DNA of 64,000 nt from Candidatus Magasanikiibacteriota bacterium (lineage in GTDB: Bacteria > Patescibacteriota > Patescibacteriia > Magasanikbacterales > GWA2-37-8), in the NCBI GenBank assembly GCA_016189025.1, contig JACPGS010000014.1:16339-80338 (forward strand). Direction: 5' to 3'. Position numbers and translations under genes: made by a program. The notes under the pieces are model-generated. The model worked only from the letters and a program-made list of their open reading frames with translations, was not told the origin of the DNA and searched no databases. Shown piece by piece: positions 46,998 to 57,841 of the stretch (position 1 is its first letter; every line of letters begins with the position of its first letter).

Positions 46998-48071
46998 TCA
47001 TTCCTTAATCCACTTTAGATACGCTTCACTCAGCGGCAACAATTCACCCTCCAGCACGCTTTCCGGATCAGTTGCTTTATAGTCAGTGCGATGATCATTC
47101 ACCAGATGATACGGGTGGAGCACATACGAGCGGATCTGATTGCCCCACTCGGCGGATTTATATTCGCCGCGGAGTTCCTGGCGCTCTTTCGCTTGTCTTT
47201 CTTCCTCCAACCGATGTAACTTAGCTTTCAAAATTTTCATCGCCGTCTCTTTATTCTGCGTTTGCGAGCGTTCGTTTTGGCAAGAAACCGTTATGCCGGT
47301 GGGAATGTGCACAATACGGACGGCGGAATAAGTAGTGTTGACGCTCTGCCCGCCTTTGCCGCCGGACATAAACGTATCAACCCGCAGGTCTTCCGGCTTA
47401 ATTTCAATCTTAATCTCTTCGCCCAATTCGGGCAGCACTTCTACCAAGGCGAATGAGGTGTGGCGCATTTTTTCCGCATCAAAAGGCGAGATGCGCACCA
47501 GCCGATGCACGCCGTGCTCGGATTTTAAGTAGCCATAGGCATACCGCCCCTTAACTTCAAACATTACCGACTTGTAACCAGCCTCGGCCCCGCGCGATTC
47601 GTCCAGGAGGCGCGTAGTCCACCCCTGTTTTTCGCAGAAACGAAAAATCATGCGCAACAGCATTTCTGCCCAGTCCTGGGCCTCGGTGCCGCCGCTGCCG
47701 GCGTGAATAGCCACCAGGGCATTGGTCTGGTCATACGGGCCGTTGAGCAAGAGATAAAACTCGTAATTATTATACTCTTTTTCTAGCGCGGCGGTTGCTC
47801 TGGCAATCTCCGCGGCCAAAGATTCGTCGCTGGTCTGCGCTAGCTCAATCAAATCACCTGTTTTATTTTCCAGCGCCTGCCATTTGGCGACTTCCTTTTT
47901 AATGTCTTCGTAATCCTGCGCCACTGTTTTGGCTTCCTCCGGCTGGGACCAAAAATCCGGCCGGTTCATTTCGGCCTCCAGGCGCGCCATTTTCTGCTTT
48001 AGTTCATCAATTTTAAGCAAACGCTCGGTATCTTGAATTTTGGCTTGCAGAGTTTGTAGGCGAACGAGCAT
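46998..48071 (-). CDS. prfB: Peptide chain release factor 2, encoded without a programmed +1 frameshift.
   Basis: The GGQ motif (GGKGGQSVNTTYSAVRIVHIPTGI) and the SPF tripeptide (RISPFDA) are specific for RF2. The 357-aa frame is uninterrupted from Met1. Confidence 0.9.
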   Translation of the reverse strand: MLVRLQTLQAKIQDTERLLKIDELKQKMARLEAEMNRPDFWSQPEEAKTVAQDYEDIKKEVAKWQALENKTGDLIELAQTSDESLAAEIARATAALEKEYNNYEFYLLLNGPYDQTNALVAIHAGSGGTEAQDWAEMLLRMIFRFCEKQGWTTRLLDESRGAEAGYKSVMFEVKGRYAYGYLKSEHGVHRLVRISPFDAEKMRHTSFALVEVLPELGEEIKIEIKPEDLRVDTFMSGGKGGQSVNTTYSAVRIVHIPTGITVSCQNERSQTQNKETAMKILKAKLHRLEEERQAKERQELRGEYKSAEWGNQIRSYVLHPYHLVNDHRTDYKATDPESVLEGELLPLSEAYLKWIKE

Positions 48072-48075
48072 AGCG

Positions 48076-48576
48076 CTAAAATATCTTATCCGCCCCGACC
48101 GTTACTAACAAAGTGATCAAACCAGAAATCAGCACTCCGGCGAGTACATACGGCCAGGCTTTGCGAAAAGGAATGCCGAAGACAAAAGCCGCCAGCGCCC
48201 CGGTCCAGGCCCCGGTCAGCGGCAAAGGAATGCCGATAAATATCATCAGGCCGATGAGGCCATATTTCTGATAATCACCGCTGAATTTGGCCTGCGCCCG
48301 GGCGAGCGCCCGGGCCCAGTGCTTGCCGAGGAGCCAGCCGGATTTAGTTTCTACATACCGATGGAAGCGGTCGGCGAATAACAAAATAATCAGCGGTGGG
48401 ATGAGGTTGCCGAGCACCGCCCAGAAAAACGCTTCCCACAGCGGCAGCTTAAATCCTAATACCGCCACCGGCAACGCCAGCCGCAGTTCCCCCACCGGCA
48501 TCATCGCCATCAGCAGGGTCGCGAGTTCGGGCGGGAATTGTGAAAAAAAATTTACGATGGCACTGGTCATAACCAT
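48076..48576 (-). CDS. Small polytopic membrane protein (COG2426-like).
   Basis: Four predicted TM helices; no catalytic motifs seen. Confidence 0.4.
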   Translation of the reverse strand: MVMTSAIVNFFSQFPPELATLLMAMMPVGELRLALPVAVLGFKLPLWEAFFWAVLGNLIPPLIILLFADRFHRYVETKSGWLLGKHWARALARAQAKFSGDYQKYGLIGLMIFIGIPLPLTGAWTGALAAFVFGIPFRKAWPYVLAGVLISGLITLLVTVGADKIF

Positions 48577-48691
48577 CTCATTCTACTCTATTTAACTTAC
48601 CTTGACAACTAAAAAGACGCCCCTATAGCGGGACGTCTTTTTCATTACAATAATCCGTGTAATCCTCACTGGCAATCCGCGTAATCTATAT

Positions 48692-50515
<1,824 letters not shown>

Positions 50516-50521
50516 ATGGAT

Positions 50522-50809
50522 TTACTCCATCACCGCTAAAATTTTATCGTGCGGCAGAATTTTGTATTCTACCTCGTCTTTGCCTTTACCGACCTTGACC
50601 TCCTCGCCGCCCCACTTTTCAAATACCACGCGGTCACCCGTCTTCAGGCCGAGCTTTTTGAGCTCCTCGCCCCCGCCGAGCGCCATAATGGTGCCCCAGG
50701 CCTTCTTTTCTTTGTCCACCGTATCCGGCAGCACAATGCCGGAGGCGGTAACCTCCTCTTCCCGATCGGGCTTGATGAGCGCCCGATCACCCAGTGGTTT
50801 GATGTTCAT
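50522..50809 (-). CDS. groS: Co-chaperonin GroES (10 kDa).
   Basis: MNIKPLGDRALIKPDREEEVTASGIVLPDT... is present. The ATG at 50809 is preferred over the track's TTG at 50815. Confidence 0.95.
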   Translation of the reverse strand: MNIKPLGDRALIKPDREEEVTASGIVLPDTVDKEKKAWGTIMALGGGEELKKLGLKTGDRVVFEKWGGEEVKVGKGKDEVEYKILPHDKILAVME

Positions 50810-50845
50810 AACCAAGGCTAAAAATAAACTTAATTAAATTAAGTA

Positions 50846-50964
50846 GGACTTACGCGTTTGGATGCAATGCAAGGAAAAAGCGAGGAGCGGAATAAGCTGT
50901 ATACAGATATACAGCGTTGAGCACCGGAGCATATGAGCACGCAGTGCGCCAAACGCGTAAGTCC
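50846..50964. repeat. Large structured element in the groESL 5' UTR: 16-bp perfect inverted repeat ggacttacgcgtttgg / ccaaacgcgtaagtcc around about 87 nt containing a ctgtatacag palindrome.
   Basis: It lies between the CIRCE operator and the groES start, so it would be part of the leader transcript. Confidence 0.5.
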
Positions 50965-50985
50965 TGTTAAGTAAATCCAGGGCTA

Positions 50986-51012
50986 TTATCACTCATAATC
51001 GCCGAGTGATAA
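50986..51012. promoter_or_regulatory. CIRCE operator (HrcA binding site) of groESL.
   Basis: TTATCACTC-ataatcgcc-GAGTGATAA matches the CIRCE consensus TTAGCACTC-N9-GAGTGCTAA with one substitution per arm and perfect dyad symmetry. Confidence 0.8.
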
Positions 51013-51023
51013 TAGCAGGTGGC

Positions 51024-51052
51024 ATTGTAACCACAAACAAAAAAACTGTCAA
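51024..51052 (-). promoter_or_regulatory. groESL sigma70 promoter (TTGACA, 17 nt, TACAAT) immediately upstream of CIRCE.
   Basis: Minus-strand reading gives TTGACAgtttttttgtttgtggtTACAATgccacctgcta followed directly by the CIRCE dyad. Confidence 0.55.
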
Positions 51053-51150
51053 CCCCGTACCAAACCAAAGGCTGTGGATAAAAAAACAGGGCGACGGTGC
51101 CCCACTGAATTAATATCTACTACCCAAATTCAGTTATTTTTGGTACGGGG

Positions 51151-52440
51151 TCAAGAGACAGCTTCCGGGTAGTTATCCACAACTATCGATAACCCCAAAA
51201 TTGCCCACCCCAACATCTGCCCGGCGTATAAACTCCACCAAAAATGGTCAAAAAAGGCACTAAGCATAACAACAGCAACTACCGGCAAGAAAAACTTGTT
51301 TTGCCGCCAGATATATTTTAAGAAATAAAATATCATCAAGATTAAGATTAAGAAACCAACCAGGCCAACTTCGGCGAGCGCTAGCAAATACGAATTATGT
51401 ACCGGCTGATATTGCCAGGCCGGCAACCGCGGATTTTGCTGATACTGCGCGGCGGTATAAATTCCCGGCCCCACTCCCCAAAGGGGACTGCGTGTTATCA
51501 TCTGCCCGGCAGCCGCCCACTGACTGCGACGTTCCGTAAATGATTTTGCTTCCAGACGGGAAGCAGCAGAAAAGCGAGCGGAAAATAAGGGCGGAAAAAT
51601 AAGCAATAAAGCAATGATAAGCAGAAAAGAGTAAAGTAATGATTTAGCGAGGAGCGGGTAAAAACGTTTCCTCGTCGCTATTACCGTGACGATAATCCCG
51701 CCGACTGCCGCCAGCCAGGCACCGCGGGAAAAAGAAAAAATTAACCCGGAAAGAATTATCAGCTGGCCGGCCGCGACCCAATATCGCGCCCTACCCCGCA
51801 GCAGCGGATAGGTGAGAAAACCAATCACCCAGGCTACGGCCAGATAGCCCCCCAAAATGTTGGGCGACCCGAATGCGCCGTAAGCGCGCAGCCAACGCTC
51901 GCCGCCGGCTTCAATTACAAAGTCGCCTAGCTGGGAGGGAGCGTGCGCCGCGAGCCCCAGCCATTTATTCGCGATCACCGTTTGAGTAAAAAATTGCCCC
52001 ACCGCCAACAGCCCCTGTCCCGCTCCGCCCAGCCAAAAAGCTAAACCGGCTGCCCGGGAATCGTTGACATAAATTTTAAGCAAAGCTACCGCCGCTGCCC
52101 CCTCGATTACCCAACTGACCCACTGCGCGGTAACCGCGGGCAAGGGACTAGTGAGGATAGCGGTGAGTAAAAAAATAAGCCCCAGACCAAATAAAACAAG
52201 AGTGCGCCGGCGCCGGGAGCGCGCCGGCGCGTCAACGGTTTGACGCCAGATTCGCTCGCGCCAAGCTGACACTAGAGCAAGCAGAATCGCTAACCCCAAC
52301 AGCAATTCCGTAGCGTAAATGGACAGCGTACCATATTCCCACGCGCCGCCGTTGAGAGAGCCAGGCTGATAAATAAACCGGGTCTGCCAGGGGAGCAGAA
52401 ATAAAAATAATAATAATAACCAGCTGATTATTTTCTTCAT
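51151..52440 (-). CDS. O-antigen ligase/polymerase-family (Wzy_C-like) polytopic membrane protein.
   Basis: About 10 TM helices and the N-terminal ...LLPWQTRFIY... typical of this family are present. The ATG is at 52440. Confidence 0.5.
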   Translation of the reverse strand: MKKIISWLLLLFLFLLPWQTRFIYQPGSLNGGAWEYGTLSIYATELLLGLAILLALVSAWRERIWRQTVDAPARSRRRRTLVLFGLGLIFLLTAILTSPLPAVTAQWVSWVIEGAAAVALLKIYVNDSRAAGLAFWLGGAGQGLLAVGQFFTQTVIANKWLGLAAHAPSQLGDFVIEAGGERWLRAYGAFGSPNILGGYLAVAWVIGFLTYPLLRGRARYWVAAGQLIILSGLIFSFSRGAWLAAVGGIIVTVIATRKRFYPLLAKSLLYSFLLIIALLLIFPPLFSARFSAASRLEAKSFTERRSQWAAAGQMITRSPLWGVGPGIYTAAQYQQNPRLPAWQYQPVHNSYLLALAEVGLVGFLILILMIFYFLKYIWRQNKFFLPVVAVVMLSAFFDHFWWSLYAGQMLGWAILGLSIVVDNYPEAVS

Positions 52441-52450
52441 ACCAATAACG

Positions 52451-53368
52451 CTAATTGTCTTGGCGAAAATATACAATCTTGGCGCGCCATTGCTGCCGGT
52501 AACGCTCCCGGCTGTCGTTCAGGTGGAATTTAAGCGCGCCCGGGGCAATCACCACGCTGTGGTCAGGGGAGTTGGCGCGCTGCTTAATTTCCGGCAACAG
52601 CCAATGCCATTGAATAAATCGGGTCAGGCGTTCGGCCCAATCATCCCTTTTACCGCCCGACGGCCTTAATTCTGATTGAATAGGCGGCGTTGGCCGCTCA
52701 ATATTAGGCAAATAACTTCGGGTCCACCGGTTAACGGCAATCAGCTGATCGTAATAATGGTGCGGATCATAAAGCGGCAACATCTGATGCAGCCAGTAAG
52801 CAAAATGAATATCGTCATCCGCCACCCGGAGGGGCGCTAAATCAAGCTGATTAGCCGCCACAAAAAAACACAAACAAATCCGGTCGCGGCGCTCTCTGCC
52901 ATACACCCGCCAGCCTAATAATCGCAATAAGGCGTTAGCAAAAAACCGCGCCAGCCAAAGGCGGCCCGGCGCGGTGATAATAAAGAAGTCAAGGTCGCTC
53001 TCTGGCGCCGCATTCTCGGCCGCCACCGAGCTGGAAAGGAATACGGCCCGGATAAAGGGAAGCCGGCCGACAAGGCGAGCCGCCTGGCTAGCGCGTTGGC
53101 GCTTTTGCTCGCTTACTAGCCCCCTCGCGCGGCGCTCTTCTATCAACAAACCCCGGCCCGCTAAATAATGGAATCCGAATTTTTCTGCTACCGTGCCCCC
53201 GGTCTTCAGCCGGTTTAGCGCCGCCGCAAATGCAGCGGCTGCCCCCGACGGCGCCTGCCATAAATAGCGCCACAGCTCCTCTTTAGTGAGGGGAAAATCA
53301 AGTAAATCAAAATAAGCAAGCGTTTCGCTGATAGATTGTTCCAGCGTGCGCACACATTTAGAGCTCAT
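52451..53368 (-). CDS. Hypothetical protein, possibly with a nucleotidyltransferase fold.
   Basis: ...SDLDFFIITAPGRLWLARF... resembles the hG[GS]...[DE]h[DE]h nucleotidyltransferase motif; the assignment is weak. Confidence 0.3.
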   Translation of the reverse strand: MSSKCVRTLEQSISETLAYFDLLDFPLTKEELWRYLWQAPSGAAAAFAAALNRLKTGGTVAEKFGFHYLAGRGLLIEERRARGLVSEQKRQRASQAARLVGRLPFIRAVFLSSSVAAENAAPESDLDFFIITAPGRLWLARFFANALLRLLGWRVYGRERRDRICLCFFVAANQLDLAPLRVADDDIHFAYWLHQMLPLYDPHHYYDQLIAVNRWTRSYLPNIERPTPPIQSELRPSGGKRDDWAERLTRFIQWHWLLPEIKQRANSPDHSVVIAPGALKFHLNDSRERYRQQWRAKIVYFRQDN

Positions 53369-53519
53369 TTCAAAACCTGCTTTCGCAAGCGAGCCGTTTG
53401 ATTTTCGTAGCGAGGCGAAGCGGCGGAGGCGGAAACGTATTGGAAATACGTTGAAGCCGAGCCGCTAGCCACAGCCGAAAATCAAACGGGGTAGCCGAAA
53501 TGAGGTTTTGAAATGAGCT
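53362..53519. repeat. Nested palindromic element exactly filling the intergenic gap (outer 17-bp inverted repeat agctcatttcaaaacct / aggttttgaaatgagct; inner cgtttgattttcg / cgaaaatcaaacg; central aacgtatt..aatacgtt).
   Basis: The left arm overlaps the ATG of the 52451..53368 gene and the right arm ends 2 nt before the stop of the 53521..53826 gene. Confidence 0.55.
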
Positions 53520-53520
53520 C

Positions 53521-53826
53521 TTACTGCTTGGTCGTTGGCATCACCCCGCTAAGGGCGGTCTGCCGGCCTGGCAAGGCGGAACGCTCCTCCGCCGCCGCCC
53601 GCTCCCCTCCCACGGCATCCTCTACGATCAAGGCTTCCGGCGTAAAACGTTTTACTTGCGAGGGCGCCACGCGATAATTAATCCGCGCGCTCCAGCGCGA
53701 CCCGATGCTGTAAGCACCAATGCTGCTAGTGCCAAAATCAACTTCCACATCTTTCACTACTCCTAAACGGATTCCCGATTCGGTCAATGCCGGCAAACCC
53801 AGCAGTTGTCTAGCGGAAGAACGCAT
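53521..53826 (-). CDS. Small PRC-barrel-like hypothetical protein.
   Basis: ...GIRLGVVKDVEVDFGTSSIGAYSI...LIVEDAV... is weakly PRC-barrel-like; it is adjacent to yidC. Confidence 0.3.
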   Translation of the reverse strand: MRSSARQLLGLPALTESGIRLGVVKDVEVDFGTSSIGAYSIGSRWSARINYRVAPSQVKRFTPEALIVEDAVGGERAAAEERSALPGRQTALSGVMPTTKQ

Positions 53827-53838
53827 ATTGCTACTAGC

Positions 53839-54618
53839 TTACTTCTTCACTATTTCTCCCTCCACCACTCCGCCGGCAGCAATAGCCGTGGCGGGTGCCA
53901 TCGGAACCTGCCGCTGCAAAATCATCTGCTGCAGCGCCATCAGCACCGTGGACAGGAACCAATACCAGGTCAGCCCGGCCTGCAGGCTAAAGCCGATTAC
54001 CACCGTCAGGACGGGAAAGACGTAGAGCATCTGCTTGTTCATCATCGCGGCCATCCCTTCGTCGCGCCCGCCCTTGCCGGCCTCCGGCGGCGGCGCTTTA
54101 CGGATGAGACTTTTGGCCTGCCAAAACTGGGCAATACCGGCGAGCACCGCCAATACCGCATTGGGTTTGCCCATATCAATCCACCCTAAAGAAACCGAAT
54201 TAATCGTGCCGGGGTTGGCCACCAACGGATAAAGGTTTTGCGCGATGTTGGCCGAGCCCAGGCCGTCGCGCAACACCAGATATAAGGCAATCAGAATGGG
54301 AAACTGAATCAGCATCGGCAGACAGGAGGTGACCGGATTCACCCGATGCGTTTTATACATCTCCATAATCGCCGCGGTCTGCTGCTGCTTGTCGTCGGCA
54401 TACTTCTTTTTAATCTCTTCCAGTTTGGGCTGCAATTCCTGCAGGGAACGCTGGGCTTTAATGGATGAGCTGGTTAAGGGGTAGAGCACCAGCCGGACGA
54501 TGACGGTAATAATCAGAATGACAATGCCAACATCGTGCCCGGGCACGATGTTGTAGAGCGCTACAAACCCATTAAAAATCGGCTGATACAACCCGGCGTA
54601 AAACAACGCTTTGAACAT
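53839..54618 (-). CDS. yidC: Membrane protein insertase YidC (short, Gram-positive/Oxa1-like form).
   Basis: ...GIVILIITVIVRLVLYPLT...KLQPKLEEIKKKY...MLIQFPILIALY... are conserved YidC TM1/C1/TM2 signatures. Confidence 0.85.
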   Translation of the reverse strand: MFKALFYAGLYQPIFNGFVALYNIVPGHDVGIVILIITVIVRLVLYPLTSSSIKAQRSLQELQPKLEEIKKKYADDKQQQTAAIMEMYKTHRVNPVTSCLPMLIQFPILIALYLVLRDGLGSANIAQNLYPLVANPGTINSVSLGWIDMGKPNAVLAVLAGIAQFWQAKSLIRKAPPPEAGKGGRDEGMAAMMNKQMLYVFPVLTVVIGFSLQAGLTWYWFLSTVLMALQQMILQRQVPMAPATAIAAGGVVEGEIVKK

Positions 54619-54649
54619 AATAATCCAAATTAAGATTAGACTATACGCA

Positions 54650-54820
54650 GAATGATGGTGACATTGTTATCCGCCAGGGCGCTATCGCTATTGCTAAAAC
54701 TCACTTGGTTGGTCGCGGCAGACACTCTTTGGGTGCTCCCCCGATTTAATCGGGGTGCGCGCCCAAAGACACTCGTCTGCCGCTCCCTAATGCTAACTGG
54801 TTTTTTCGATTATTCTACAG
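54650..54820 (+). repeat. Interspersed repeat family A, copy 4 (left terminus diverged or truncated).
   Basis: The core ...ttatccgccagggcgctatcgctattgctaaaactcacttggttggtcgcggcagacactctttgggtgctcccccgatttaatcggggtgcgcgcccaaagacactcgtctgccgc... and right TIR attattctacag are present. Confidence 0.75.
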
Positions 54821-54826
54821 TCTTAA

Positions 54827-56101
54827 CTATTCTGCCGACGGAGTTGGCGTCTGGTCGTTAGTTAACTCTCCCGCCTCCTCTGCCGCCGGGACCGCTTCTG
54901 CCGCCTGATCCGTTTCTGCCGCGGGTGCTGCGGCGCCGGCCGCGGCCTCGGGCAGAGGTTCGCCTCCCCCTTCCTGGCGCACGTTTAACCGCCAGCCGGT
55001 CAGCTCGGAAGCTAACCGTACATTCTGGCCGCTACGGCCGATTGCCAGGGAATATTGGTCCGGCGCCACGGTAACCACCGCAGTCTGGGCGCCGGAATCC
55101 AGCTCCACGCGGAAGACCTTGGCTGGCGATAAGGCATGGCTGATGAAATCTGCCGGATTATCGCTGTATTGGATAATGTCAATTTTTTCGCCGCCTAACT
55201 GATCAATGATGGTGTTAATCCGGCTGCCCCGCTGCCCGATGCAGGAACCGATCGGATCAATGGCCGAGTCGGTGGCCGCCACTGCCACTTTGCTGCGCCA
55301 GCCGGCCTCGCGGGCAATGCCTTTCACCTCCACTTTGCCGCCCCCGATTTCCGGAATCTCCTGCCGGAAAATTTCCCGGACCATTCCCGCGTGCCGGCGC
55401 GACAGAATTATCTCGGGGCCGCGCACCGTCATGGTGACCGACACTACATAAAACTTCAGCCGCGCTCCGGGGCGATAGCGTTCGCTTTCCACCTGCTCTT
55501 CCCCCGGCATAATGCCGGTGATTTTACCCAAATCCACCAAGACCTTGCGCGCTTCGGCTCGTTGCACCGTACCCACAATCAGCTGCCCCTCGTGATTCTT
55601 AAAATCATCAAATACTAAACCGCGCTCCGCCTCGCGGATTTTCTGGATGATCACCTGCTTGGCGGTCTGCGCCGCCATGCGGCCGAATTCGTGGGGGATC
55701 TTTAATTCCATTTCCAACACCTCGCCGATTTGCGCGTCACTTTTAATCTCTCGCGCCGGCGTTAACATCATTTCCAACTTCGGATTAAACCGCGGCAAAT
55801 CAGCGGTCTCCTCCTCGGTCAGCTCGCGCCCTTCCTCGCGCGCCTTCTCGCGCCGCGTCGCCAGCTCTTCTTGGGCTTTTTCCAACGCTTCTTCGGGAAT
55901 ATCCGCTACCACGGTCTTAATGTCCCAGGCCTGCATGTCGCCGGTTTCCGGATCAAATTTTACCTTGATGTTCTGCTGCTTATTGCCAAAATCCTTGCGG
56001 TATGCCGCGGCCAAGGCTGATTCCACGGTTTCCATCACTGTTTCGTAGGCAATGCCTTTTTCATCGCACAGGGCCTGGATTGCTTTAGTGATTTCTGACA
56101 T
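54827..56101 (-). CDS. nusA: Transcription termination/antitermination factor NusA.
   Basis: MSEITKAIQALCDEKGI... is followed by S1 and tandem KH regions (...GSRINTIIDQLGGEKIDII...), with a C-terminal acidic/Ala-rich tail. Confidence 0.9.
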   Translation of the reverse strand: MSEITKAIQALCDEKGIAYETVMETVESALAAAYRKDFGNKQQNIKVKFDPETGDMQAWDIKTVVADIPEEALEKAQEELATRREKAREEGRELTEEETADLPRFNPKLEMMLTPAREIKSDAQIGEVLEMELKIPHEFGRMAAQTAKQVIIQKIREAERGLVFDDFKNHEGQLIVGTVQRAEARKVLVDLGKITGIMPGEEQVESERYRPGARLKFYVVSVTMTVRGPEIILSRRHAGMVREIFRQEIPEIGGGKVEVKGIAREAGWRSKVAVAATDSAIDPIGSCIGQRGSRINTIIDQLGGEKIDIIQYSDNPADFISHALSPAKVFRVELDSGAQTAVVTVAPDQYSLAIGRSGQNVRLASELTGWRLNVRQEGGGEPLPEAAAGAAAPAAETDQAAEAVPAAEEAGELTNDQTPTPSAE

Positions 56102-56198
56102 AAAATAAATCCTTGATAATTATACAATAAAAAGCACTCTTTAGTAAGTGCTCTATTGTCAATAGTATAGCAAACCTTTCCGGTCAATGTCAAGTCCG

Positions 56199-57080
56199 TT
56201 ATTTTATTGTAATATCCCCGCTGGTGTCAGTCCGCAATACTACAATGCCGGAGCGCTCCAGGCGCCGCAACACCCGCCGCGACGGATGCCCATAACGATT
56301 TTGTTTGCCGGCTGAAATAACTGCCTGGCGCGGGCGCACGGCCGCCAGCCACTCGGCGCTGGTAGAGCTGCCGCTGCCGTGATGGCCGACTTTCAAAACG
56401 TCGGAGCGCAGAGCCGGGCAACCCGCCGCGCAATATTTAGCAATCAACGCCTGCTCCAGCGGCACTTCGGCATCGCCCGTAAACAAAAACGACTGGCCGT
56501 GCCGCGCCAGCCGGAAAACGATGGAATAATTATTATTGTCATCTTCCTTTACCGCCAGCTTCAGGGTCGGGTCCGGAGAAATAAACTCCAGAGTATTATC
56601 GGCAATCTGCCAAACGGTCGGGCTGGCCATCACGATTACCGCGGCGCCTTCGGCTTTCACGGCGTTATCCCATTCCCGCCAATAGGGATCATAAGATTTC
56701 TGCCGACCGTTGACGATGATGCGCTTTACCTGGTAGCGCCGCAGCACGTCCACGCAGCCGCCGTAGTGATCCAAGTCCGGATGCGTTGCCACCAGGTAAT
56801 CAATCGTGCGGTCAAGCCAGGGCAAAGTAGCCCCTAATTTGCTTAAAATTTTCCGATCCGGCCCGCAGTCCACCAGCATCTTGGCGCCGTTGCCAAAACG
56901 GATAAGCGCCGCGTCCCCCTGGCCGATGTCAAAGAAATGGACGGCGAAAGTCTGATTCCACGCCTTACTCCAGCGATAATAAAACAGTCCGCCGGCAGCA
57001 ATAAATACTAAGCTAATCAGCAGTAAGCCAATAACCTTTCGGTACTTCCTGAATAATTCGGCAAGAACTTTAACTACCAC
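56199..57080 (-). CDS. ComEC-type metallo-beta-lactamase domain protein (stand-alone C-terminal nuclease-like domain of ComEC/Rec2).
   Basis: A TM anchor, then ...VHFFDIGQGDAALIRFGNGAKMLVDCG...HPDLDHYGG... (MBL HxHxDH motif) are present. Confidence 0.7.
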   Translation of the reverse strand: MVVKVLAELFRKYRKVIGLLLISLVFIAAGGLFYYRWSKAWNQTFAVHFFDIGQGDAALIRFGNGAKMLVDCGPDRKILSKLGATLPWLDRTIDYLVATHPDLDHYGGCVDVLRRYQVKRIIVNGRQKSYDPYWREWDNAVKAEGAAVIVMASPTVWQIADNTLEFISPDPTLKLAVKEDDNNNYSIVFRLARHGQSFLFTGDAEVPLEQALIAKYCAAGCPALRSDVLKVGHHGSGSSTSAEWLAAVRPRQAVISAGKQNRYGHPSRRVLRRLERSGIVVLRTDTSGDITIK

Positions 57081-57128
57081 AATGAGACTGTACGAAGAGC
57101 ATAAAAACCAGCTAGCATCAGGGCGCGG

Positions 57129-57782
57129 CTACTTTCGCGCCACTAATATCTGATTCACCCAGGTATCGCGTTCGTGAATAAACACTTCTTCGGCAATCGT
57201 AAACGCCAAAGCCAATAGCGCTTTCCGCACTGCTTCGGGGCGGTGGTAATAGGATTTAATTACGATCGAGCCGTGCCGTGATTTGAGGGGCGGCGGTTCT
57301 TTTTGGTTAATGTTGGTAACTACCAAAATCCCTTCGGGTTTAAGCACGCGGTACACTTCGTCAAAAAAGCCGGCGGGATTTTTCAGATGCACCAATAAAA
57401 AAGTCGCCACCACAATATCAAACACCTCGCTCTCAAATGGCAGGGTTTCCGCATCAGTCACCTCGGTAGCTACAAACCGGTTGGCGGCCTGGCATTTTTT
57501 TACCAAAATTTTCAGCATCTCTTCGGAAATATCCGCGGCCGTTACCCGGGCGCCCAGGCGCGCCAGCGGCAAAGAGATTCTGCCGGTGCCGGCGCCGATG
57601 TCCAGCACGCGCTTGCCGTTAACGCCGCCGAGGAGCGGTAGGAGCTTGCCCTGCTCAAAACTGTTCAGGTACTTCTCGCGGGCATCATAAAAAGGCGCCG
57701 CCAGATTATAGCCGGCTACCGCAGAAAACGTTGCGCTTGGGTTAATCGCCGCTTTGCCTGATTTTTTAAGAAACTTTTTCAT
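57129..57782 (-). CDS. Class I SAM-dependent methyltransferase.
   Basis: Motif I VLDIGAGTGRISLPLA and post-I acidic ...VTAADISEEML are present. Confidence 0.75.
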   Translation of the reverse strand: MKKFLKKSGKAAINPSATFSAVAGYNLAAPFYDAREKYLNSFEQGKLLPLLGGVNGKRVLDIGAGTGRISLPLARLGARVTAADISEEMLKILVKKCQAANRFVATEVTDAETLPFESEVFDIVVATFLLVHLKNPAGFFDEVYRVLKPEGILVVTNINQKEPPPLKSRHGSIVIKSYYHRPEAVRKALLALAFTIAEEVFIHERDTWVNQILVARK

Positions 57783-57841
57783 AATGGCTGATGGGCTCGT
57801 ATTAAAAAAGGGGTGGTCTCCCCCTTAAAAATATCACTAAT

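Noticed and set aside
46998-48071. Programmed frameshift in prfB
   Set aside because: The 357-aa frame is continuous from Met1 to the stop; no internal in-frame stop or frame change is needed.
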